A DNA stretch of 64,000 bases from Carcharhinus amblyrhynchos (Eukaryota): the NCBI GenBank assembly GCA_965287045.1, contig OZ336881.1:84940001-85004000 (forward strand), read 5' to 3'. The notes under the pieces were generated by a model, which worked only from the letters and a program-made list of their open reading frames with translations, was not told the DNA's origin and did not search any database. Shown here piece by piece: positions 1-11,900 of the stretch. The stretch's first letter is position 1. Each line of letters opens with the position of its first letter. The translations under genes and the position numbers were made by a program.

Positions 1-1900
1 GCCTAGCCGAGAGGATGATCCCTAGTCTGTGCTAAATGAATGGATGATGTGTCTGGGGAGCAAACCCATTTTTCACCTTTACTTTATCTGTGTTCACCCA
101 CCTGATGGGTATATGCAGACTTCTGCTTCTGGCGAGGCCAGCATGAGGAGATTTTGCTTTCTCTGGCACATGCCACCCTGAGTGTTGTGATCCCTTAGGG
201 CCACTGTTATTAAAATTAGTCTTCGAACGTGGAGGAAAGCGCTCAAACTTCAAAGAAAGTTGCATAAGTCTTCAGAATTCTGGGCATCGCCTCAGTGAGT
301 CCCCCCTCTTCCCCCCCACCCCCTACCCCTGCTGCCCCCCATCCCCCCACCTCACCTCCCTCCCTACTGCCTCCTCCAGATTGTGAAACTTGAGTAACTC
401 TTTATCCCTGTTGATGCTGCACTGGACTTGTGAATTGAAGCCACCCTTTCAGGGACTTGAGTGTGCAACCAAAAGAGAAAATACTGGGAAACTCTTTTGG
501 TTTCAGATTCCAGTATCCGCAGTAATTTGCTTTTATACTTGAGTGTGCAATCCATCTGACCTTCCAGTGCAGTATCAAGGGAGTACTACACTATCAGAAG
601 TGTTGTCTTTAGTTTGAGGCCCTGTACACCCTCTCAGGTGGGCACAGAAGTTCGGCACTTTTTGAAGAAGAGCCGGGGAGTTCTCCTGTGGTCACCATTT
701 GTCCCTCAACTAATATCAACAGAAGAGATTCTCTGGTCACTTATTTCATTGGTGATTGTGGGAACTTGCCTGCAAATTGGCTGCTGCATTTCCTGCACTA
801 CAAAGAGCTTGGTCAAAGTTTTTATTTAAGCATCTCTTCGCACACACTCTTTTCCCCCTGGGGAGTAGTGGGGGAGGTGATGGAAGGATTCCCAGGCTGA
901 TTATCAGTCCATTAAACTACATCACGAATGCTCCTTCTATGGCCAACAAGCCCTGGCGTATGGCTTGAACCTGGAACTTCTGGTCAGAACGCTACCCAAT
1001 GTGCCACACAACCTCCTGTTTGAACAGGGAAACAGTGACTACACTTCAAAAGTATTTAATTGGCTTTAAAGCATTTTGGAATGTCCTGAGGTCGCAAAGG
1101 TATTAATTAAATGAATGTTCTTTCTTCTAAAGTAACAATATCACCTGTTTTGATTTACACTCCATCCTATTTTTCAGGAAGCCAGGAATTTTGTTTGTCC
1201 TTCCCGATGTAACCATACACTGAACGGGTGGTTTCAATAATTTTTCCACAAAAATCCCCAAATCCCTTTTCCAATCAGCACGCTCTGCTGCTGATTTATT
1301 CAAAACACACATCACTATTTTGTTTTCTTATTCACAAACTAATTATTTTACATTGAGCGAACCAATTATTTTCCTCTGGACTCTTTGAAGAAGATTGTGG
1401 GGTTGATGCCAGATTGTAACTAGTTTGTGCTGTGGATTTAGCACCACTTTGACTTCGCATTCAGAAAACTCCAAAACCCACTCCACTTGAGAACACTGCA
1501 ACAGCACATTCTGTTCTATTCTACCTGGCAAACCAGAGTTTAAACCAAAATCAGAGAGATGAAAGAGTTGTCTTCAAATCTATCTGTAGATTCAGAATCA
1601 ATTGAGGTGTTTGAAAGGGAAGCTACTATCAAGGAAATCAAGCATTATTTCAGGGGCAGGCGTGGAATTAGGAATATAAAGCTAATAACTTCCGATTTTC
1701 ACCTATCACATCCCGTGTGAAGCTAGCAGGCTCAGAATGGTTGTTTGGCTGACACCCACCCGATTTTGATGCTGCATTGAACCTTGGCCCAAACCCACCT
1801 TTTTTTTTGATGGTTAGGTTAATATTGGAAATAGATGTTGTTCAAAATGGTGTAGCAGGACTGATGGAATGAATAACCCTCTTGTCCCTTGTCCCCAACT

Positions 1901-2768
1901 AACATAAGAACATAAGAAATAGGAGCAGGAGTAGGCCATCTAGCCCTTCGAGCCTGCCCCGCCATTCAATAAGATCATGGCTGATCTGTCGTGGCTCAGT
2001 TCCACTTTCCCGCCCTCTCCCCATAACCCTTAATCCCCTCTCTTATCAAGAACTCACCAACCCGCTTCTTAAAAATATTTAGCGAGGCAGCCTCCACCAC
2101 TTCAACGGGCAGAGAATTCCAGAGATTCACCACCCTTTGAGTGAAGAAGTTCCTCCTCAACTCCGTTCTAAACCGCCTCCCCTTTATCTTGAGGCTGTGC
2201 CCCCTAGTCCTACTGTCTTTTTTGAGCGGGAAGTGTCTCTCCACCTCTATCCTATCCATCCCATTCATTATCTTATACGTCTCAATGAGATCTCCCCTCA
2301 TTCTTCTAAACTCTAACGAGTACAAGCCTAGTTTATTCAGCCTCTCCTCATAGCTCAATCCCCTCAACTCCGGTATCAGCCTAGTAAACCTCCTCTGCAC
2401 TCCCTCCAGGGCCAAAATATCCTTGCGCAGGTGCGGCGCCCAAAACTGCACACAGTACTCCAGCTGCGGCCTCACCAATGCCCTATACAGCTGCAGCAAG
2501 ACCTCCCTACTTTTATATTCAATCCCCCTCGCTATGAAGGCCAGCATCCCATTCGCCTTCCTGACCACCTGCTGCACCTGCAGGCTGGGTTTTTGCGACT
2601 CATGCACAAGGACCCCGAGGTCCCTCTGCACCGTCGCCTGCTGCAGTTTTTCGCCACGTAAGTAATAGTCCTTCCTACCATTCTTCCTATTCTTCCTACC
2701 AAAGTGGACCACCTCGCACTTGCCAACATTAAATTCCATTTGCCATTTCCTGGCCCATTCGCCCAGCC
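1901..2768 (-). mobile_element. Young 5'-truncated CR1-clade (HER1-like) LINE; ORF2 C-terminal region intact
   Basis: Uninterrupted 247-aa ORF 1996..2739 with CR1 motifs ([61 protein letters not shown]); 3' UTR stem-loop and (ttcttatg)n tail. Confidence 0.95.
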
Positions 2769-2833
2769 TAAAGACCTTTCAGCACATGTAATTTCTCTCC
2801 CCCTGCCCCCACAGCTCTTCTATTCAAACATAC

Positions 2834-2963
2834 TTGTTCTGCCATTGCCGACAATCTGCCCCCCATCTCCAGCTCTGGAAATGGACACGACTTTGATTGA
2901 GTATGGCGTGTCTGGATCCAACTTCTGTAACACCACGCTGTTCTGTCTGGCACCGACGGTGAC
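2834..2963 (-). CDS. col12a1: col12a1 exon (130 bp, phase 0-1), FN3 C-half [27 protein letters not shown]...GNGRT
   Basis: Acceptor tttctcttcaag; donor A|gtatgt; [16 protein letters not shown] matches recalled COL12A1. Confidence 0.94.
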
Positions 2964-5900
2964 CTTGAAGAGAAATAAAAGCTGTGAATTAAACATTCAA
3001 AACAAACCAGTATGACTAAAACTATGGCTAAACAAAAAGGCAGCGGGGACAGTAATAACTGGCCTTTGCTATCTCAGCAACAAGTGCAGGATTCCACCAT
3101 CTCCCACCAGCACAAATGTGGAGCTCAGATTGGGAAGTAGGTTAGCGATCACATTCCTACCTCTGAGTCACAAGACTGTGGGTTCAAGTCCCATTCCTGT
3201 GACTCATGCATAAAATTCAGACTGATGGCATACTGAGGGAATGCTGCACTGTTATGAGGTGGCACCTTTCAGATAAGTCACAAAACTAAGATCTTATCTG
3301 TTAGCTCAAGTGGATGTAAAAGATGCTGTGGCACTATCTGCTATTTCTCTGCCGACAGGGATAATATTTATCCCTCACCCAACATCAACAAAATAGATGA
3401 TCTTCTCAGTTATCAGTTTGCTCTTTGTGAGATCTTGCTGTGCACAGAATGGCTGCCACATTATCTACATTGCAACAGTGATGTTGAATTGAATTGATTG
3501 TAAAGCATTTTGAAACATCCTGAGATTGTGAAACACTTCTTGCTCTGCAGCTTTCACTGTGACGAATTTCTAGAGCTAGCTACAGGTATTGATATAAAGT
3601 AAAACTCCCTCTATGCTGCCTTTACAATGTGCTTCAGCCCCAACAACCTTTTCATAAGACATCTGTGCCATCTGTTCTCCTGTTGGTATTGCAGATTTAA
3701 TGTTACTTCGGATCGTGGCAACTCTGCTATCTTAATTGACTACGAAGAAGCTTCAGGAGAGTTTGAGGTTGTGAGTGTTTTTGAGCCCAGTCCTGCCACA
3801 TCAGTCCACTTAAAGAGAGGCAGTGCCTCTGGGAGATAAGGTCTGTAAGCACTGCATCTTTTGTGGGCAATCTCAAACTGGGCACTGCTGCCAACACGGC
3901 AGTTCACCAGCTGGAAGATGTTCTTTGTTCAGGACAGCAATGAAATTGCTGTGAAATTCCCCCAATTGCCACACTATGGCACCTGTTCGGGTCAATGGAC
4001 CTAACCAACGTGTCTTTCAGACTGTGGGAGGAAACTGGAGCAGCCAAAGGAAACCCACGCAGACATGGGGAGAATGTGTAAACTCCACACAGACAGTAAC
4101 CCAAGCCGGGAATCAAACCCGGGTCGCTGGCGCTGTGAGACAGCAGTGCTAACCACTGTGTCACCATGCTGCCTCATGGTAGCTCTGGTAGCTACTGCAA
4201 CCTGAATGCAGAAACCTGCGACTCCATAATATTAAACACCAACGTTAAATCTGAACTATGGCTAATCCCTCAACCTAATTGGAGAAACATTGTTTTAAAT
4301 GTAGCTTAAAGGCTTCCTTCTCTGCCATGCCCACTCTGGATATAGTTCATGTTGAGGTACACAGAGATTAAAGCAGATATTAATCTAGTTCTAGGAAATT
4401 GCTTTGTGGTCATTCTGGCAGCTGTCTAGAGAAACATCAGTTGTTTTTATCTCACGAAGGCCATGAGGATTTTACAAACAAAGCGCTTGGGTGGATTTGA
4501 CTGAAATGAACCACAAGTCTGTTTCTCATGAAAAACGTGGTGCAATATGGAAAACCCAGCAAAATGGGATCCATTAAAACTATTCTTGATAGATCAGATG
4601 CTAGCTAAAGTAACAAAAGAAAGAGGTTAGCCACAACACAAAGGAAACTTCCTGGAAAATAACTTATCTGCATACAGCAAAGAATAAATTGGTGTTTTCT
4701 ATTTTCACAGTATGGCCTTTTACTAACTACAACCTAAGAATGGCTGTTGGTATTGTTCAGTGAAGATACCAGCATGAAGATCTGCAGCTCTCAAACATGT
4801 TAGTTAATACAGCACAAAAATGTCACAAGGTAACTTCCCGCTAATATTGTAAAGCATCTGAGCCACAGTCCAAAGTATATTATTCTGGACTTGTTCTACA
4901 ATATGGGGGCCTATTACAAAATGGCAGTGACAGTTTCTGAAGGGTAACCCACATAATTATTCCAGTAAATGTTGTGGTATTATGGTACAGTGGTTAGCAC
5001 CACTGCCTCACAGTGCCAGGGACCTGGGTTCAATTCCAGCCTTGGGTGACAGTCTGTGTGGAGTTTGCACACTCTCCCTGTGTCTGCCAGGGTTTTCGCT
5101 GGGTGCTTTGGTTTCCTTCCACACTCCAAAGCTGTGCAGGTTAGGTTGATTGGCTATGCTAAATTATCCTTTAGTATCCCAAGATGTATAGGTTAGAAGA
5201 ATTAGTGAGGTAAATATGTGGGGTTATGGGAATAGGGCCTGGGTAAGATGCTCTGTCAGAGAGTAGGGATTCTAACTGTTTACTGAACTGTCTCAATTTT
5301 GCCTCCAAGAAGGAGGAGTAATTGCCTCTTTGATTTCCATCACATTATCACAGACTGCCATCGAAGGAGTGGACGACAGCTGGAACTGTCAGCTTGGTTC
5401 TGCCGGCTGTACACTAGACATTAATCTGGATTTTCACTCTTGAGACGGGTGAGCAGAATCAGCAAAAATTCCCAGTTCCCGGCTGACCTGCCTTGGGAGA
5501 AACAGCGTGAATGGCCAGATTTTTGCTCTGGGCGTGTTGGGACGTACGTGTGCTGGAGTTGGACTGGCTACCTTCAGTCCCCCCACAACCACCCACCTTC
5601 CCAAAGGTGCAGAAGAAGTCACAGTGGCTGCCAGATGCTAAAGTGTGGTGATTAAAAATCTTTCCTTAGTACTCTGGAACTTTACCCCAGTTGTGTAGCT
5701 GTAAAGTAAGCCCTCTAAGCCTCACAACTCATCCCGCCTTTCACTCCTCGTGCCCCATCTATACCAATTCATGCACCCTCTAATGCCTCAAATATTTTCC
5801 ACACTAACAATGCCCCTCTACCTCTATGATTGCTTGTAGCCTTTATGCTAACTTAGTGCCAGTTCGTGTCAACCCACGTATCCACCCCGCATGCTTTGCC

Positions 5901-8900
5901 CGTACACCCTTCAAGCCAAGTCATCCAATATAAACCTTGGGCAGAACTCAGGAGTCATGCTGGAATAAAATAAAATAAAATTCTAAGTAACTATTGTAGT
6001 CTTGACTATATATTAGAAAACTAGAACCAGAGGGCAACCTCAGGCTAAAGGGACAACCTTTTAAAACAGAGGTGAGGCGGAATTTCTTCAGCCAGAGAGT
6101 GGTGAATCTGTGAAACTCTTTGCCGCAGAAGGCTGTGGAGGCCAGATCATTGAGTGTCTTTAAGACAGAGGTCAATAGGTTCTTGATTAATAAGGGGATC
6201 GGGGTTATGGGGAGAAGGCAGGAGACTGGGAATGAGAAAAATATCAGCCATGATTGAATGGCAGGGCAGACTCGATGGGCCGAGTGGTCTAATTCTGCTC
6301 CTATGTCTTATGGTCCACAGATGTTGTCAGACCTGCAGATATTTTCCAGCTTTTCTCTGTTTTTGTTTCAGATTCCAGCATCCATAGTATTTTGCCGTTA
6401 TATTGGATTTTACATCTTGCCGGTTTTACACCCTCACTGGAGTGACAAGAATATCAGGTTGAGTGTAAAACCAGCATTTCACCTGATATTGTCATTTTTC
6501 TGCTCAATAAGTTACGTTAAAATTACCCCCATTATTTCAGACAGCCAATGATGAATCTGTGGAACAGGCTCTCTAGGAAGACAGTGGAAGCAGAGAGTCT
6601 TGACTCCTTCAAACACAAGTCAGGTTTGTTTCAGAAAGTAATTATGAGCCATTATAGAAATGATGTGTGAAATGCTGCTTGTGACGAACAAGAGAATTTG
6701 GAGCAATGTTTTGCAAAGCTCTCGACTCCACTGGGGGTTTTCCTCACCTCACGTCAGGGTTGGCTGTAGTTTGACTAATAGGGATTAATTTATTTGAGTC
6801 AATGATTTGCCAATAACTCTATTATCGTTGTATCATGTGCGTACCAGAATGATAGAGATGCATCTTACTCAATTTTCTAACTAGCAATTAGTTCCTCAAA
6901 AAATGAGAGAATCAGCACTGGTTAGAAACTATGCTCATTGTTGTTCTTTTCGGAGGATGTCATTTTTTTTGAATCACAATGTGATTACAATGCAAAAAGA
7001 GACCATTCAGCCCATCATGTCTGTTCCAGCTCTCAGTGCAAGCTGCTCAGCTAGTCCCACTCTGCCTTTTACCTATAGTCCTGCCAATTTTGACATCTGT
7101 TAATGGATCTCCATGCCTTTTTCCATAACACTGTGCAAATTGAGACAAGTGGTTTTAAGAAAATAAGCTGGTAGAAATGATGTGGTGTTACATATAACAA
7201 ACCCCACTCTCTGTTTCTGAAACTGAGGCAGCAACATCTGGCGAAACAGGGTAACTTGATGCAGATTTCTTAAGTGTCTGCACAAAATGCCAATAATTCC
7301 TGTCCTGGCAATTTTTAAAGAATTGTCCTGAAACATTAAAGATGCACAAATATTCTGACAACGCACAATGAGAGATGTGCTGAGGATCAGTTAACATCTC
7401 TTCATAGTTACAGGCAATATTTTAAAGACAGCTGCAAATAGTTTGGAAAGTAAAAGCATTTCTGCAAAAATTACATGCAAACCTGTAATAACACATCACC
7501 ATGTGTGTCACTGCATCTGGGGACGTCAAATTCCAAATTTTTTCTGTTGCCAAAACCTGTTTCATATCAAACATCAACAGATGGAGGGATCTAGCTAGAT
7601 TTCAAATCATTGCACCATTCAATGCAGGCCTCAGTTTTTACAAGCATTGCGAAAACTATTACCAAGGGAAACCTGTGGTTAATATGCATGTTTAAAGCTG
7701 CATTGTAATCAGGTGAGGAAACTTAGCAAATTGCTTTTCTGTTTGATTGCCCAGAAAGCTATGCCACACTTTTGTCTGAATAACCTTGACCACATATCCA
7801 AGCCATCCTGCGAGCCATTCAGCCCATCATAGATGCTCCATCCATTCTGTCAGACGTGGAAGCTTCGTTCATCCAGCTTTTCCGATCAGCTCCTTGTTTC
7901 TTTTTCAGATCCTGAAAAATAAGCTACACACTGCTACATGCCTGCTTCATTGTCTCTTACAGGCTCCTTCCACATGTGCAAAACAATGAGAGGTAAAATA
8001 ATTGGGATTACCGTTTCATCAATGGGGTCTCCAGTCATAGGTGCATAGATAACCCTATAACCACGGACTCGACCGGTGGCAGGATCCCACTTCACGGTGA
8101 GGCTGTGTGATGTGGCGTTATAGACTTGGAGATTACGAGGAGCAGTTGGAGTAACTGAAGAATAAAGAGACATTATTAATGTAAAGGCCATTTTTGTTTC
8201 AAAGACAAAGAAAGAAAGAACTTGCACATATTTATCACCTTTCACAATCTCAGGGCATCCCAAGGCACATAAGAACATAAGAAATAGGAGCAGGAGTAGG
8301 CCATCTAGCCCTTCGAGCCTGCCCCGCCATTCAATAATATCATGGCTGATCTGAAGTTGATCAGTTCCACTTTCCCGCTTTCTCCCCATAACCCTTAATT
8401 CCCCTGTCCATCAGAAATCTATCAACCTGTGACTTAAATATATTTAGTGAGGTAGCCTCCACCACTTCAACGGGCAGAGAATTCCAGAGATTCACCACCC
8501 TTTGAGCGAAGAAGTTCCTCCTCAACTCCGTTCTAAACTGCCCCCCCCTCCTTATTTTGAGGCTGTGCCCCCTAGTTCTGTTTTCCTTTCTAAGCGAGAA
8601 GAATCTCTCTACCTTTACCCTATCTAGCCCCTTCATTATCTTATACGTCTCTATAAGATCCCCCCTCAGCCTTCTAAACTCTAATGAGTATAGACTCGTT
8701 AGAACATAATAGCCAATAAAGCACTTTTGAGAAACAATTACTGATGTAATGTTGGAAATGTGGCAGTCAATGTGTGGACAACAAACTCATAAAAACAGAA
8801 GTTAAACCATGACCGGGTAATATGCTTTTTCATGATTTAGGCTGAGAGAGGGTTAGCAGGACACAGGAATGACTCCCCTGCACTTACTCAAAATGGTGCG

Positions 8901-11900
8901 AGGATCTCTGTTACATACAACAAAAAGGGAGATGTGGGGCACAATCCTCCGGCCTTGCGTGCGCCGCTACCACTGCCAGCGAGATTTTGGAGTTCAGCCA
9001 AATCTTTATGTACAGCAGCAGGCCTGTAGGATCCCAGCCCTGGGCAAGAATTCTGGCCAAAGCCTTAGCATAAGATCTCATCTGAGACGGTGTCTCCAAG
9101 AGTGCAGCACCTCCTTATTGTGAGCTGGAATTACATGGAAATTCCCAACTCTTTGTCTCGCTTTGCCAGCTGTACAACAAAGCTGCCTGTTTACTACAAG
9201 AACATGTCTTGGACTCATTTCTTCAGCACATCCCCTATTGCACCACATTTCTGTTCCTCACTCCATCCATCTTTGTGGTATCTCCCTGAGAGATTAATGC
9301 CAAAATCATTGCCAAGTTAGAAGTATTTATTGTGCACTGTACCCTTGCTCACTGGCTGTCAAAGCTCACTTCACATTGGATTTTTTAAGTCAATGGATGG
9401 AATTCCCTCGTTGGATTTGAACCTATTTGCAGAGTTATATCCTCCTTTGGCATCTGCAGCTACACCTTACTTTTTTGCAATCACAGTCACCAAGAGGGTA
9501 GATAAGCAATTTACATATTCATGGAGACTATCTTGATTTCTACTGCACTTTGAAACTACAGAAGGGTGAAGACTGTCACAAGCTTCTGCCAACTTGTTCT
9601 ACCTATTTAACACATCATAAGATTGAATAAAGGGGAAAAAAAATTGCAGGGTTCCAAGGATAAAAGCAAGGCAGCATGGGGAACACACCCCTGTGTGAAC
9701 AACTCATTCGAAGAGCTGACACAGGAAACGGTCCTGCTATAAGATTCCATGATTTTATACAACACTGATAACTATTTAATTGTGTTTATAAATGAAAACA
9801 ATATTATTAACATATTATGCATAGAGGCAGTGTTCAATTTGTGAGAGCATTCACAGTATTTTCCTGTTCAACATTTTCATTCAAGTTATAAAGATAACTT
9901 TGATCCCCACAAGAGAATCTGAGCTTAGAGCCGGCATGTATCAGAGAGATCAGTTTTCATTGTTTTGGTATTTTTCACATTGTTCCCTTGAACAACAGTG
10001 TAAGGAAGGATTGGCGGCTGAATAAAAATCTGACAGGCTGCAGTTCAAGTGTTTCCTCAGTGGCTGTAACTATATATCCCGTGGAGCACACACAGTCCTC
10101 CACAGCAGGAGTGTTTTAAGGCCTGCCAGGACCCATAAGACGAGGTGGTGCATTCACCCAGCAGATGGAGGTGTTAGAACATAGAACATAGAGCATAGAA
10201 AAGCTATAGCACAAACAGGCCCTCTGGCCCACAAGTTGCGCCAATCATATCCCTACCTACTAAGCTTACCTATAACCCTCAATCCTATTAAGTCCCACAT
10301 ACTCATCCAGGAGTCTCTTAAAAGACCCTATCAAATCTGCCTCCACCACCACCTACGGCAGCCGATTCCACTCACCCACCACCCTCTGAGTGAAAAACTT
10401 ACCCCTGACATCTCCTAATGTTCTGACGAAAGTCATCAGAAGTCTGAGTCAGATCCAGAAAGGAGTTTATTTGGACGAAGGTGTGGGAATGCAGTGACAG
10501 AGATAAACACTGGAACCCTGATTCTCTGACCCATTATCTTTTAAGGAGGGATTCCCAACAGGGAATGCCAGAATCTGAAGGCTTACCTGGAGTATGTGCA
10601 GTCGTCTTAATTGGCACTGAAAAATTAAAAATGAGATTCATTAACCACAGGTATCTTATTTATGTTAGAACAGAAATTTGGCTGGCATTCTGAACTTGAT
10701 TATTTCCCAAGTTTATAGTCATTGGGGTGAATTTTCTCCGGAGTTCTCTCCTTTAGCTGTGTAACTTTGGGGAAGTTCGGCAGATAGAGGGTTTATTTCC
10801 GCTGTTACAAGATACAAAAATTCAACAAAAATGTACCCCCTGCCCCCCACAAAGTCAAGGCAAAAGTGACAAAAAAAACCCCAAAATGCTGAAAATCGCT
10901 CAGGTGGTCTGGCAGCAGCTGAAGAGAGGGAAAAATAGAGTTAACATTTCAGGTCATGTCCTTTCATCAGAATTGGGAAAACGTAGGAAAGGTTTTGAAG
11001 TTTGAAACAGGTGAAAGGAGGGAGGTGGGAAAAAGAGGTCTGTGATAGACCGGAGAGCAGGAGAATTTAACTGAGAAAAGAATTTGCCAGTGTGGGAATG
11101 GGACAAGTACCAGAGCAGATGTAAATGGCAGATGACGAGCAGCTACTGTTTGAAAGCAAAAGCAAGAAAAAAAAGGGATAAAATCAAAATGTGCAAAGTA
11201 AACAAAATGGGACAGAGATTATGATCTAAAATTGTTGAACACAATGTTGAGATCAGAGTGCTATGAATCATCTAATCAAAAGTTGAGGTGCTGCTTCTCA
11301 AGCTTGTCTTGAGCTCTACTGGAATAATTCAGCTGGTCAAGGACACAGACAGAGCAAGGCAAAATAAAGGAGATGCAAGCGGAAATGTTGGAAACGAGAA
11401 TAGAGCTACTTCACACATAAAGGTGATGGAATGGGGGTGGGGGAAAGCGTGTGAAGGAGGTTACCATGAACGGTCATTCATTGCAACAATGGAAGAAGAT
11501 CCAAAAGACATGGGGTATAACACAGGGGAATGAAGATTGAGGAAAATTGTGAATCAGTCAGGTAACATTTCATGAAATACAAGCAAGTTGCACGGGGTTG
11601 ATTGTCTTTTCCCTGGCAACTTATATACTTATGAGAAATGATATAGGGCAACATATTTTAAAGATTCATAAAAGCAAACATCAATAGTTTAATTTAAATG
11701 ATTCGCAGTTTGCTGATGCCATCCAGTAAAATTACTTGAGACACTTCAAATCGAATTTGCTAGATAAATACAAATTGATTGTTATTTACCTTTGTATAGA
11801 CTAGTTATGCTCAGGTAGGGAGGCAATGGGCTGAAGCCAATCATTTCACTATAGGGAGGAGATAGGAGGGTTGGGGAAGTAGGTTCCTTATAATCATAGG

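Noticed and set aside
4980-5060. tRNA genes at A/B-box motifs (also 3150, 38880, 61440)
   Set aside because: They are SINE heads that continue into SINE bodies; no complete cloverleaf is evident.
7934-8389. 151-aa ORF as a stand-alone LINE-collagen fusion gene
   Set aside because: Chance read-through from a CR1 3' UTR across intron into the real exon 8012..8154.
10419-10445. Hammerhead at ctgacgaaagtcatc
   Set aside because: Only the 5' half of the core is present; no closing stem II or GAAA follows.
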